A stretch of 61,361 nt of DNA from the NCBI GenBank assembly GCA_002719295.1, contig PBHC01000007.1, positions 37,793 through 99,153 on the forward strand, in the 5' to 3' direction. The position numbers and the translations under genes were made by a program. Positions 9,736 to 20,019 of the stretch are shown here, in pieces. The notes under the pieces are model-generated. The model saw only the letters and a list, made by a program, of their open reading frames with translations. It made no database searches and had not been told where the DNA came from. This DNA is from Chloroflexota bacterium. GTDB taxonomy: Bacteria; Chloroflexota; Dehalococcoidia; Lucifugimonadales; Lucifugimonadaceae. Every line of letters begins with the position of its first letter. The first letter of the stretch is position 1.

Positions 9736-10629
9736 ATGAGTTTAGACAATCATTTAGAAAAATTTTACAATTATATTTCATCAGAAAAAGGATATAGTAC
9801 CAATACATTAGAATCATATGCTAGTGATTTAAAGTTGTTATCTAATTTTTTAGAGAAAAATAAAAAGTATGATTGGGGAAAAATATCAATAAGAGATATT
9901 AATGAATATTTTGAAAGCATAGAGGATAAAACAAAATCTACTCAAAAAAGAAAATATGCTTCTATAAAATCATTTTTTAAGTTTTTAGAAATTGATAATC
10001 AAGTTGAAACAAATATATTAGATAAAATCAAAACCCCAAAAGTAGGCTCACCAATACCAAAACCATTATCAATAAAAGAAATTGAAAAAATAATAGAATT
10101 TAAAGATCCTAATGCAGAAGAATATACAAACACATGTATTTTTATATTAATGTATGCAGCGGGGCTAAGAGTTTCAGAGGTTATTTCTATTAAAATTGGA
10201 GAAATTGATCTAGATAATCAAACTGTTAAAGTTACGGGAAAAGGAAACAAGCAAAGAATCTTGCCTATATATAAAAATGCATCTAAAAGATTAGATCATT
10301 ACATAAAAAATATAAGGCCAAATTTTTCAAAAAATAAAAATTATTCTTCTCCTTTTTTTGTCAGACAAAAATCAAAAGAGATTACAAGACAATATATTTG
10401 GAAAAAATTAAAACAAAGAGTTCTAAGCGTTGGTATTAATAAAAATGTAACCCCACATATGATAAGGCACAGCTTTGCAACTCATTTATTACAAGGAGGA
10501 GCAAGTATTAGGCATGTGCAAGAATTTTTGGGACATAGTTCAATAGAATCAACTCAGATATATACTAAAATACCCAATGAAAAATTAATAAAAGATTACA
10601 ATGTTGCACACCCTAGAGGAAATAAATAG
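9736..10629 (+). CDS. xerD: chromosomal tyrosine recombinase, XerD-like
   Basis: EKGYSTNTLESYASDL, YAAGLRVSE, GKGNKQR, TPHMIRHSFATHLL, LGHSSIESTQIYT, AHPR. Confidence 0.85.
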   Translation: MSLDNHLEKFYNYISSEKGYSTNTLESYASDLKLLSNFLEKNKKYDWGKISIRDINEYFESIEDKTKSTQKRKYASIKSFFKFLEIDNQVETNILDKIKTPKVGSPIPKPLSIKEIEKIIEFKDPNAEEYTNTCIFILMYAAGLRVSEVISIKIGEIDLDNQTVKVTGKGNKQRILPIYKNASKRLDHYIKNIRPNFSKNKNYSSPFFVRQKSKEITRQYIWKKLKQRVLSVGINKNVTPHMIRHSFATHLLQGGASIRHVQEFLGHSSIESTQIYTKIPNEKLIKDYNVAHPRGNK

Positions 10630-10652
10630 AATAATAGTACAAGGAGAAAATA

Positions 10653-11360
10653 TTGCCAGTAGTAACAATAGAAGGATATTTAGGCTCAGGATACCAAACA
10701 ATTGGAAGGTCTGTTGCAGAAAAATTAGGAATAGATTTTGTTGATAGAGTCATTCTATCTAAAATAGCTAAGGAAATGGATAAACACTTAGCTGAAATTG
10801 TTGACCTCCAAAAAAAACCTGAAGAAAAATCTTTCACGGAAAGAATAACTGATAATTTATTGAAAGCGCTTGAAAAATCAGCATTATCAGGCGGAGGTGC
10901 AGATCCTTTTTTTGGTCATGGTATTGAAAATCTTCTTTCTTCTCCTTATAAAGACTTCCCACATAAACAAGATCTTGAAGAAAATTTAGATTTTTCTAAA
11001 GCTATAAAAAAAGTTATTAATGAAATAGCTAAACAAGGAAGTGTTCTTATCCTTGGAAGAGGAGCTTCAGGCGTATTAAGAAACGATGAAAGTGCTCTTA
11101 AGGTTGGAATATATTGTGATTTTGATGTAAGAATAAAGAAATATGCTAAAAGGGAAGGTATTTCAAGTGATGAAGCCCGAAATAAAATATTAGAATATGA
11201 TGAGGGAAAGAAAAATTATTATCTTAATATTTTTCAAAAACAACCCCTTGATCCATCTATATTTAATATGATATTTAATTCAGAATTACTTCCTGAAGAT
11301 GAGATCATAGACGATATATGTGAAAATGCAAAAAAATATTTAATCAAAAGAAATAAATAA
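10653..11360 (+). CDS. cytidylate-kinase-like family protein (Cytidylate_kin2)
   Basis: VVTIEGYLGSG, VAEKLG, VLILGRGA; SD AAGGAG before TTG start. Confidence 0.8.
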   Translation: MPVVTIEGYLGSGYQTIGRSVAEKLGIDFVDRVILSKIAKEMDKHLAEIVDLQKKPEEKSFTERITDNLLKALEKSALSGGGADPFFGHGIENLLSSPYKDFPHKQDLEENLDFSKAIKKVINEIAKQGSVLILGRGASGVLRNDESALKVGIYCDFDVRIKKYAKREGISSDEARNKILEYDEGKKNYYLNIFQKQPLDPSIFNMIFNSELLPEDEIIDDICENAKKYLIKRNK

Positions 11361-11361
11361 A

Positions 11362-11613
11362 ATGCCAAAAAAAAATAAAAAAAATAAAAAAAGAACAAAA
11401 CCTAATGTTTTTATGCAAAGTACAACAAGCATAATACCAAATGATGATAATCTAGACGAACCAAGCCCTAGTCCTGTAATCGAAAAACAAAATAAAAAAG
11501 TATCTGTAGAAGCTATTCCATCAAATTATTTTTCAGGAGAAATAAAAAAAATGGGCATAATTGCCACTTCAATGGTTGTGGTTCTAGCAGTTCTAACAAT
11601 AGTACTTGGATAA
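11362..11613 (+). CDS. small protein with basic N-terminus and C-terminal membrane anchor (Chloroflexi-type hypothetical)
   Basis: MPKKNKKNKKR... and YFSGEIKKMGII followed by a hydrophobic tail; tightly packed between its neighbours. Confidence 0.7.
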   Translation: MPKKNKKNKKRTKPNVFMQSTTSIIPNDDNLDEPSPSPVIEKQNKKVSVEAIPSNYFSGEIKKMGIIATSMVVVLAVLTIVLG

Positions 11614-13453
11614 TATAAATTCATATAAAAATAGAATTTCTGAAGTCCCTAAAAAACCAGGGGTTTATTTTCATTCTGATGAAAATAAAAAAATCATTTA
11701 TGTTGGAAAAGCAAATTCATTAAATGATCGTTTAAAATTTTATTTCTCAGATCCTAAAGACGTTACTCCAAAGGTCAGTGAATTAATAGCCAAAATAAAA
11801 GATTTTGATTATATAGTTACTGAATCTGAACAAGAAGCATTACTTTTAGAAAACCAACTTATAAAAAAATATCAACCAAAGTATAACGCAAGATTAAAAG
11901 ATGATAAAACTTATCCTTTTATAAAGATAACAAAATCAGAAAAATTCCCTCAAATTCTAATAACTAGAAATCCTAAATTGAATGATAAAAATAAATATTA
12001 TGGACCATATACTTCTATATCTAGCGTAAGGCAAACTTTAGATTTATTATCAAAAATATTTCCTTATAGAACTTGCGATAAAAAAAATGACGGAAATGAT
12101 ATAAAACCATGCTTTGAATTAGAAATTGGTAGATGTTCAGATGCTTATCATAAAAATGATGAAGCTTTATATAAAGAAACAATTTCAAATTTAGAAAGTT
12201 TTTTATCAGGTAAAACACATTCGATTGTAAAAAAATTAAAAAAAGAGATGAAAAATGCATCCTCATGTCAGAATTATGAGAGAGCCGCAGTTTTTAGAGA
12301 CAGAATAAGTTCAATTGAAAAAATGCTAGAAAAGCAAAAGGTTTCTGGTTTACAGAATGAATCTTTTGATATGATTTCATGTTTCAAAATAAATAATGAA
12401 GGAATGATAATAGTTTTCAATATTATAAATGGGAACCTTCTAGCTCATGAAAAATTTAGAATTGAAAATGTACAAGATACTGAAATAAATGAGCTACTTA
12501 GATTATTTATTTTTGATTATTATTCTAGAAATATGAATATTCCAAATAAAATACTTGTCTCACATATTCCAAATGAAAAAGAAATACTTGTAGACTTTCT
12601 AATAAAGAAAAAAGAAAGAAAAGTTTCTATAAATGTGCCTAAAAAGGGTTCCAAAAAAAGCATACTAGACATGGCAACAAATAATGCTAAAGAATCTATA
12701 AAACAATGGCAAATTAAATGGATAAACGACAAGAAAAAGACGAAATTAGCACTAAATGAATTACAGATAGAGCTTGGATTAGATAATATCCCAAAGAGAA
12801 TCGAATGTTATGATATTTCTCATATTCAAGGATCTAATGTAGTTGCTTCTATGTCAGTATTTGAAAATGGCATACCAAAAAAGTCAGATTATAGAAGATT
12901 TAAGATTTCTGAGGATAAAAATGATGATTTTGAAGCTATGAGAGAAGTGATAAATAGAAGATTCAATAGGTTAATAGAAAAGAAAAATACTGTTTCAAAA
13001 AAATTAGATTCATTTAATAAACAACCTGACTTAGTCTTAATTGACGGTGGCAAAGGACAATTAAGTTCTGCTTTACAAAGTCTAAATAAACTTGGAATAT
13101 CTAATCTTCCAATTGCTGGAATTGCAAAAAGAGAAGAAGAATTATTTTTACCATATACTGAAGAATCTATTATTTTAGACAAATCTTCTCAAGGTTTATA
13201 TCTAATTCAAAGAATCAGAGATGAAGCCCATAGATTTGCTGTAACTTATCATAGAAATCTAAGGCAAAAAAAATCTAATAAATCAAGATTAGATCAAATA
13301 GAAGGAATAGGATCAATAAAAAGGAAAGCTTTGCTAAAAAAATTTAAAAGTGTTGAAAATATAAAAAAAGCAAAGATAGAAGAAATCTCACAAATAAAAT
13401 ATATAAATATAGAATTAGCGAAACAAATAAAAGAAGAATTAAATTCTGAATAA
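11606..13453 (+). CDS. uvrC: excinuclease ABC subunit C
   Basis: PGVY...IYVGKA (GIY-YIG), PKYN, DDKTYPF, RIECYDISH, IDGGKGQL, IRDEAHRFA, C-terminal HhH. Confidence 0.97.
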   Translation: MDNINSYKNRISEVPKKPGVYFHSDENKKIIYVGKANSLNDRLKFYFSDPKDVTPKVSELIAKIKDFDYIVTESEQEALLLENQLIKKYQPKYNARLKDDKTYPFIKITKSEKFPQILITRNPKLNDKNKYYGPYTSISSVRQTLDLLSKIFPYRTCDKKNDGNDIKPCFELEIGRCSDAYHKNDEALYKETISNLESFLSGKTHSIVKKLKKEMKNASSCQNYERAAVFRDRISSIEKMLEKQKVSGLQNESFDMISCFKINNEGMIIVFNIINGNLLAHEKFRIENVQDTEINELLRLFIFDYYSRNMNIPNKILVSHIPNEKEILVDFLIKKKERKVSINVPKKGSKKSILDMATNNAKESIKQWQIKWINDKKKTKLALNELQIELGLDNIPKRIECYDISHIQGSNVVASMSVFENGIPKKSDYRRFKISEDKNDDFEAMREVINRRFNRLIEKKNTVSKKLDSFNKQPDLVLIDGGKGQLSSALQSLNKLGISNLPIAGIAKREEELFLPYTEESIILDKSSQGLYLIQRIRDEAHRFAVTYHRNLRQKKSNKSRLDQIEGIGSIKRKALLKKFKSVENIKKAKIEEISQIKYINIELAKQIKEELNSE

Positions 13454-14020
13454 ATCCAATCTAGATTCTAATAGCTTTATTGCGGCTAATATAGATTCTC
13501 TAGACTCCTCAACATCTAGGTCAATACCACTTAATTGAAGCTTTAAATCCTTTGATTGATTAAAATTTTCATTCTCAGGAGAAAAGTTATTAGAATGCAG
13601 TCTTATATCAAAAATAATATTTCTTATTTTTCTTAAGACTTTATTATCATGATTTTCAGAAACTAATCTAGAAATATCGTTCAAAGAAGGATTAAGATTT
13701 AAATCTCTGGATAGCTTATTGAACACATTAAAATTTCTTGAAGTTTGATATAAACGTTTGATTTTATCTTGATTATTCGTAGATAAAATAATTTGATTTG
13801 CCAATGAAGTAGGCTTGAAGGGGTTGCCATCAGTAATAAGTCCCCAGAGCCTTGAGGAAGATAGCCTTAGATTGAAAGCACCACCTGAAGCATTGAAACC
13901 GCGTAATTTTGCAAAATGATCCTTCGTTATACTTGAAAGATTAGAAAAAACTATTGTTTCTACAAATTCTAAACTTTCAGACAAAGAATATTCTGGCAAT
14001 TTCATATTTTCTATAATCAT
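13439..14020 (-). CDS. hypothetical protein, possibly winged-helix-like
   Basis: Start at ATG 14020 has SD AAGGAG; pattern PEYSLSESL...AKLRGFNASGGAF...WGLI. Confidence 0.6.
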   Translation of the reverse strand: MIIENMKLPEYSLSESLEFVETIVFSNLSSITKDHFAKLRGFNASGGAFNLRLSSSRLWGLITDGNPFKPTSLANQIILSTNNQDKIKRLYQTSRNFNVFNKLSRDLNLNPSLNDISRLVSENHDNKVLRKIRNIIFDIRLHSNNFSPENENFNQSKDLKLQLSGIDLDVEESRESILAAIKLLESRLDLFRI

Positions 14021-14289
14021 AGGTCTCCTTTTATTATGCAGGAATTTTAGAAGCATTATGGAGGAAATTATACTTCAATGAAAAATAAACAGCACATAAA
14101 ACTTTCAACAAGTTTAATAAAAAATTCTTTTATACGCCTATATGAAAAACAATAAATACCTAAGCACAAAAATGAATGGGGCGTATATATTATATTTGTT
14201 TATTTAAATAGCCTGAATCATATCAGAAATACTTTTTTATACTGAAAATATTTTAAGTCATGTGTTTATTTATTTATTGAAACAAAAAA

Positions 14290-14484
14290 TTATTTATTAA
14301 ATGGGGGGATTTCATGAACAAGCGATTTAATGAGTTTAGGAATTTTTGATTTGCATTTTCCTGGCAATAAATAATAAATAATAATAAAAATTACTACAAC
14401 TGCAACTAAAGAAAATATGAAAAGCAAAATAGAGGAATTTGAAGAAGTGAGAATTTTTAATTGCAAATTATTAGTGAAAAACAT
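14290..14484 (-). CDS. possible small single-TM membrane protein
   Basis: 64-aa ORF with one hydrophobic stretch followed by a basic tail; fills an otherwise empty gap. Confidence 0.35.
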   Translation of the reverse strand: MFFTNNLQLKILTSSNSSILLFIFSLVAVVVIFIIIYYLLPGKCKSKIPKLIKSLVHEIPPFNK

Positions 14485-14523
14485 ATGAATTAATTAATCT
14501 TTTACACTATACTAGTCATTCAT

Positions 14524-15795
14524 ATGTCCTCAAATTTACAAGACAATAAGAATAAATCTGAACTAAAAATTTGGTCTGCATTCCTATACTTTGATTATAG
14601 AGTCCTTTGGCTATCAGGGGTTTCAGCAACAGTTACAATGAATCTAAGAATGATTATTACTGCTGTATGGCTTTACGAAAGAACTGGTTTAGGGTCAACA
14701 TTAGCATATTTAGGTCTTATTGAATTAGCTGTAAGGATTCCTGCAAATCTGTATGGTGGAGTTTTTGCAGATAGATTAGACAGGAAAAAGTTAATTGCTA
14801 TAACTCAATTTTCAAGCTTTGTTTTTATAGGACTGATGACTATTTTAGAAAACTTTACTCTATTAGAAATTTGGCATGTATATTTAGTCACAGCAATATT
14901 ATCTGCCACAAGTGTATTTGGAAACCCTTCAAGATCTGCTCTAACAGCTAGAGTAGTTCCTAGAAATGTCCTTGCCCATGCTGTTGCTATGAATACAATC
15001 ACTTGGCAAGTAGGAACAATTATTACGCCATTTCTATTTTTTGTCACATCATTTGCATGGAAAGAACAAGCAACAGAATCGTTAGTTCTTTCTTTTTGGA
15101 TAAATACACTTTTTGCATTCATCAGTGTTATATCCCCATTATTTATAAGAGAAAGTGGAAAGGCATTAGATGCAAAATCAAATACCAAGATACATAGAAA
15201 TTTAATTGAAGGGTTTAAATATGTGATAGCTCATCCAATACTACCAGGCCTGTATATTCTTGATATAGGAGTTACTGTTGTTTCATACTATAGAGAATTG
15301 TTTCCTATTTTTGCAAAACAACTTTATTCAAGAGGCAGAGATGCAGTTGCAATACTTACAGCATTTAATGCTGTTGGATCTATAGTCGGAAGTTTGCTAG
15401 TGATGAATTTACATAAAATTAGAAAAAAGGGAGTTATAGTATTATATGCAACATTATTTTACGGATTCCTTCTTATTCTTTTTGGATGGTCAACATCAAT
15501 TTGGGTAGGAATATTTGCCCTGATAGCACTTGGAGCAGCTGACGCAGTGGGCATGACAATGAGACAAACGATTGTTCAATTAACTACCCCGGATAATATG
15601 AGAGGAAGGGCTAGTGCAGCACATTCTTTGGCAGCAATGAGTGCAAATGGAATAGGAAAATGGGAAGTAGGAATAATGTCAGATTATATAGGGGCAGGAA
15701 ATACTATGATAGTAGGTGGAGCTGTTTCTATATTTGTTGTTTTAATAATCTGGTATGCACTCTCAGGAGTTAGAAAGTATGAATATTCAGAATAA
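14524..15795 (+). CDS. MFS transporter (EntS/H+ antiporter-like)
   Basis: About 12 TM segments; GGVFADRLDRKK, QLTTPDNMRGR. Confidence 0.9.
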   Translation: MSSNLQDNKNKSELKIWSAFLYFDYRVLWLSGVSATVTMNLRMIITAVWLYERTGLGSTLAYLGLIELAVRIPANLYGGVFADRLDRKKLIAITQFSSFVFIGLMTILENFTLLEIWHVYLVTAILSATSVFGNPSRSALTARVVPRNVLAHAVAMNTITWQVGTIITPFLFFVTSFAWKEQATESLVLSFWINTLFAFISVISPLFIRESGKALDAKSNTKIHRNLIEGFKYVIAHPILPGLYILDIGVTVVSYYRELFPIFAKQLYSRGRDAVAILTAFNAVGSIVGSLLVMNLHKIRKKGVIVLYATLFYGFLLILFGWSTSIWVGIFALIALGAADAVGMTMRQTIVQLTTPDNMRGRASAAHSLAAMSANGIGKWEVGIMSDYIGAGNTMIVGGAVSIFVVLIIWYALSGVRKYEYSE

Positions 15796-17529
15796 TTATT
15801 TTCTATTTTCCTCTTCTGCAACTAAAGCACCTTTTTGAACATTTATAGTTGAAAGATAAATTGTTCCTACCACTATAAGACCCCAGATTATAAGAACACC
15901 TAGTTTTTGGTTACTTGAATTAACTGCAATCACATAAATCAATGGCCCGATAACTGAAGAAGCTTTCATAGTAAATGCATAAAAACCAAAAAATTCTGCA
16001 GATTTTTTTACTGGAGTCATCATAGAAAAACAAGCTCTTGCTAATGCTTGACTTCCTCCTAATACTAAACCACTAAATAATCCTAACAGCAGCCATTGAA
16101 ACCCTATTTGAATATTTAAAGGTTGCCACAAACTATCCCTTAAGAATTTAGGCCATGCATCTATCCAGCTATCTGACAAACTTGATGAATGATTTTTACT
16201 TACGATTTTTGTTGAATCTAATTCACCACCTGTTATTACCAATGAAAAAGAACTCGTAGATTCATTTGTAACTATATCTATAAACTGTGACAATGTATTT
16301 TTATCAAGTTCAGAACCTACTGGCAAATGATGATTTTTTTCCCAATAAATAACGTCAATATTTTCTTCCGTAGAAGAAAATTCAGGAGCTGACATAAGAT
16401 CATAATTCTTTGTATTTTGATTATAAGAAAATTGGTAATCATATTCAGAATTTTTGGTTAACTTTAGGGGAGCAAAGCCTAAAACAAAAATAATTATAAT
16501 TATCCAACCGCTCAAAGCTATCACTAAAGCTTCTTTAGTTCCTAATTTATAAGCTAGCCAACCAAATAACGTTGACCCTGGAGCTGCTACAAATTGGACT
16601 ATTAAAATTGTGATCATGTTGAATAAAAGGTCTACACCTAAAACATCGGCACCATAGGCTCCAGCAACAGATAGGACAGTTTGAACACCATCATTAAAAA
16701 TATAAAATGCTATCAAAAAAGTAAAAAGATATTTATACTTTCTAATTTCTGAAAAAGTCTGTTTCAATCTAGAAAATGCAGTCATTATAATCTCTGGAAC
16801 ACTAGTTTTTGTCGACTCGTTTTCTATTTGAGGCTCGGGAACTGTTTTGAGCGTCCAAATTGACCACCCAAACCACCAAACACCTACTGAGACTATACAA
16901 AACCTTGTGACTAAATCAACAGCTGAATCTTCTAAATAAATACTAGCACCTTGGATAAGAATTAGATGTAAAAGCAATAATAACCCACCTCCTACATAAC
17001 CATACGCATATCCTTTTGTTGAAATCTCACTTGCGTATTTACTAGGAGCTAAACTTGGAAGTAGAGAATTATAAAAAACATTTGCTCCAGCAGCACCTAT
17101 GTTTGCAATAAAATAGCAACCTATTAGCCATGCCCATGAGTTTGCAACATAAACTGAGAAAAAGCTTATTATAGTGAAAAGAGATCCAATAATCATATAA
17201 TATTTCAAGAAAGTTTTTTTCAGAGGTTTTGTATCTGCAATTGCCCCCAAAACAGGACTCGTTAATGCCACAAATAAAGCTGACATGGAAACACCTAATG
17301 CCCATAAGGAAGAACCTGTAAATGTGATACCAAAAATTTCAGTTCGACTTCCAAAAGTTGCTTGAAATGCAACGACAAAATATATAGGAAATATTGCTGT
17401 TCCTGCAGAAGTGAAAAAAGCAGAATTTGCCCAATCATACATGCACCATCCAGTTATAGCTCTTTTTTTATCATCTGGCAAAGAGCTAATAGAATCTTTT
17501 TTTTGCTTACTAAATAAATTTTTTAACAT
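15796..17529 (-). CDS. MFS transporter, UMF1/ATG22 family, with large extracytoplasmic insertion
   Basis: WCMYDWANSAF, PVLGAIAD, FYNSLLP, GYAYGYVGG, NDGVQT, GGSQALAR, SAEFFGFY. Confidence 0.9.
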   Translation of the reverse strand: MLKNLFSKQKKDSISSLPDDKKRAITGWCMYDWANSAFFTSAGTAIFPIYFVVAFQATFGSRTEIFGITFTGSSLWALGVSMSALFVALTSPVLGAIADTKPLKKTFLKYYMIIGSLFTIISFFSVYVANSWAWLIGCYFIANIGAAGANVFYNSLLPSLAPSKYASEISTKGYAYGYVGGGLLLLLHLILIQGASIYLEDSAVDLVTRFCIVSVGVWWFGWSIWTLKTVPEPQIENESTKTSVPEIIMTAFSRLKQTFSEIRKYKYLFTFLIAFYIFNDGVQTVLSVAGAYGADVLGVDLLFNMITILIVQFVAAPGSTLFGWLAYKLGTKEALVIALSGWIIIIIFVLGFAPLKLTKNSEYDYQFSYNQNTKNYDLMSAPEFSSTEENIDVIYWEKNHHLPVGSELDKNTLSQFIDIVTNESTSSFSLVITGGELDSTKIVSKNHSSSLSDSWIDAWPKFLRDSLWQPLNIQIGFQWLLLGLFSGLVLGGSQALARACFSMMTPVKKSAEFFGFYAFTMKASSVIGPLIYVIAVNSSNQKLGVLIIWGLIVVGTIYLSTINVQKGALVAEEENRK

Positions 17530-17576
17530 ACTTTTTAACTTCCATGAATACTATTATTTATTCTTTAAAATAAAAC

Positions 17577-18887
17577 TTAAGGTTTCGCTATGTTTCTTGC
17601 AAATAACCAGGCAAAAATTGCCTCAAAGAACAGTGTTAATGACCAAGCTGACCCACCAACAATTGCACCATAACTCTCAAAATTCTTAAATATCAATATA
17701 CCAGTCCCCAATGTCATTATTAACACTAAAAATCTACAAATATTAATATAAATGATGGGATTTGTTGATTTAGAATTCATTATTATTCCTACATATAGCT
17801 GCTCCATAACTAAAAAAGGAGGCAAAAAAGACAATAATCTAAAAACTATTAATGTGCTGGTAAAAAGTTTGCCTTCTAGATTAAATAAATCAACAAATAT
17901 AAATTCGTTTATCGGATTTACCCAGGCTATTACACTGCAAAATATTAGTGTAATAAAACCAACAAAATATGAAAATTCTCTGATTTTCATATAACTATAA
18001 CCATTAGAAATCAGTGAAAGTATAGTTGATTGACATCCATTTATTGTGAATGATACGGCACCAAAAATACCAAAACCAACATTTACAGCTGATATAGAAA
18101 TTTCTGGATTCTCTAATCTAGTTAAGCAAGCATTTACTGCAGGCAATGTAAATGATGGTAAAAAGGCTGCAAAAAGTAATGGAATAAAAAATTTAAATAA
18201 ATCACCTACAAAAAAGATATTACGATCAAATCTATGATTTTCATCAAGTAATTCCTTTCTTACAAGGAAGAAGATCAACAAAGTCTCTAATAAAAGAGAT
18301 ATTGAAAATGATAACATTCCAATTTTATGTCCTTCGTAGCCCATAAAGAAAAATATTATAGCTAATGAACAAGCACAAAAGAAACCAAATATTGTTCCAA
18401 ACCAAATCAATGAAGATCTATATGTAACGATAGATATACCATAAAAGTGCATCTTAAATATTAGTAATACAGGAATATAAAAACCAAGTCGTAATCCTTC
18501 TTCGACACTATCTCTTAGATCTCCTTTAGTACCAAATATGTTTTCCAAAAAAAACATAGATATAGGAGTAAAAATTATTAGCATTGAAATAGTTAGACAA
18601 ATGAAAGATAAAAGAAATACAAAAAAATGGATTTTTAATTTATTGAAATTTTTATAATAAACTATTGTAAGTTGCTGAATTCTCAAGTTAGGTAAAGCTA
18701 TCAAAAACAATATTGAAAAAGCAATAGAAAAAGCACTAATTGATAATTCAGGCCTTTCTGTTCTACCCATTATGGCATTTAAAATTGGTGACAAAAATTG
18801 TGTAATAGATAAATTTATTGAAGTTGGAATTAATAATGCAAATCCAATCAAATAAAATTTATCAAGAAAAAATAAATTTTTCAGCAA
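17577..18887 (-). CDS. MATE-like / ANKH-like multi-pass membrane protein
   Basis: About 12 TM in two repeated halves (PILNAIMGRTERPELSISA and PAVNACLTRLENPEISISA). Confidence 0.65.
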   Translation of the reverse strand: MLKNLFFLDKFYLIGFALLIPTSINLSITQFLSPILNAIMGRTERPELSISAFSIAFSILFLIALPNLRIQQLTIVYYKNFNKLKIHFFVFLLSFICLTISMLIIFTPISMFFLENIFGTKGDLRDSVEEGLRLGFYIPVLLIFKMHFYGISIVTYRSSLIWFGTIFGFFCACSLAIIFFFMGYEGHKIGMLSFSISLLLETLLIFFLVRKELLDENHRFDRNIFFVGDLFKFFIPLLFAAFLPSFTLPAVNACLTRLENPEISISAVNVGFGIFGAVSFTINGCQSTILSLISNGYSYMKIREFSYFVGFITLIFCSVIAWVNPINEFIFVDLFNLEGKLFTSTLIVFRLLSFLPPFLVMEQLYVGIIMNSKSTNPIIYINICRFLVLIMTLGTGILIFKNFESYGAIVGGSAWSLTLFFEAIFAWLFARNIAKP

Positions 18888-18890
18888 AAT

Positions 18891-19919
18891 TTAAACTTCC
18901 TTAATTTCAAATTTAATTTCATCAAGTTGTTCAATATTATTTTCTAACTTACCATCAAACTGATCTGAGTAAATTGATATTTTATCTCCTTGCTTAAATT
19001 TCCAATCTCTTGTTGAAAAAGAAAGTTGGCTAGTTCCAAAAAAATGAAGATGAAGATCCCCAGGCTTTCTATGCAAGTCATACTTAAAATGATGATATTC
19101 CATATTATTTAAACTGTGAGACATAAATTCTTCTCCAGACTTTAATTCTCCACTTCTATACAAATCAATTCCATCTCTACTGATATTACAATTTATTGAA
19201 ATGTCAGAGAATTCTAAAGAAGTATTTAAAGACGGCCCTACTGAACAGTTTCTTAATTTTGAGTGAGCTAAGTATAAATAATTTATTTTTTCTGTTTCAT
19301 GATCAGAGAATTCATTTCCAAGAGAAAACCCTATCCTTACAGGATTTCCATCATTATCAATAAAATAACATCCAACAACTTCTGGTTCTTCTCCTCCATC
19401 TAGAGAAAACTGAGGCATCAGCAAATTATCTTTATGACCTATTAAATTATTTCCATTACCTTTATAAAACCATTCTGGAGCAACGCCTACCTCACCATCT
19501 GAAGGCTTTCCTCCTTCTATGCCCATTTGAAACATTTTTGCAGAATCTGTTTCATCTTTCTTTGCATCATTCTCATTATGCATCATATCTCTAGATTTTA
19601 CAGATCCAGTATGAGTCAATCCTGTACCAGATATAAATAATCTATAAGGATCGGGATGATCAATAGGAGGCAAAACTTTAACACTATATTTTTCTGGATT
19701 TTCAAGCATTTCTTCATAATTAAAATCAAATGCATCAGATCCAATTATTAATTCATTTAGAAATTTTTCAAGTTCTAATTTTTGATTTATGACTTTTTCA
19801 AATAACTTATATGATGTATCTATAGAATTATCATTTGATGTTAAATTTATTATTTTATTATCTTTTACAACTCCTAAAACTCTAGATGTATTATTTATTT
19901 TTAGTTGAACTAAATTCAT
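18891..19919 (-). CDS. AraD1/GguC-type fumarylacetoacetate-hydrolase-family protein
   Basis: ISGTGLTHTGS, GIEGGKP, PEWFYKGNG, GGEEPEV, GNEFSDH, YLYLAHSKLR; start at MNLVQL after GGTGAGG. Confidence 0.85.
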   Translation of the reverse strand: MNLVQLKINNTSRVLGVVKDNKIINLTSNDNSIDTSYKLFEKVINQKLELEKFLNELIIGSDAFDFNYEEMLENPEKYSVKVLPPIDHPDPYRLFISGTGLTHTGSVKSRDMMHNENDAKKDETDSAKMFQMGIEGGKPSDGEVGVAPEWFYKGNGNNLIGHKDNLLMPQFSLDGGEEPEVVGCYFIDNDGNPVRIGFSLGNEFSDHETEKINYLYLAHSKLRNCSVGPSLNTSLEFSDISINCNISRDGIDLYRSGELKSGEEFMSHSLNNMEYHHFKYDLHRKPGDLHLHFFGTSQLSFSTRDWKFKQGDKISIYSDQFDGKLENNIEQLDEIKFEIKEV

Positions 19920-20019
19920 TTGAACCTCACCATAATTATTAGAATTTGTATTTTTTTTCTTCAGAAGATTTTTTTTGATAATAATACAATATATAAAAAA
20001 CAATGAAATTTATGTCCTA

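Noticed and set aside
9736..10629. Tyrosine recombinase as the integrase of a mobile element
   Set aside because: It has Xer-type sequence among housekeeping genes, with no att repeats, phage or plasmid genes; I saw no dif-like site in the window.
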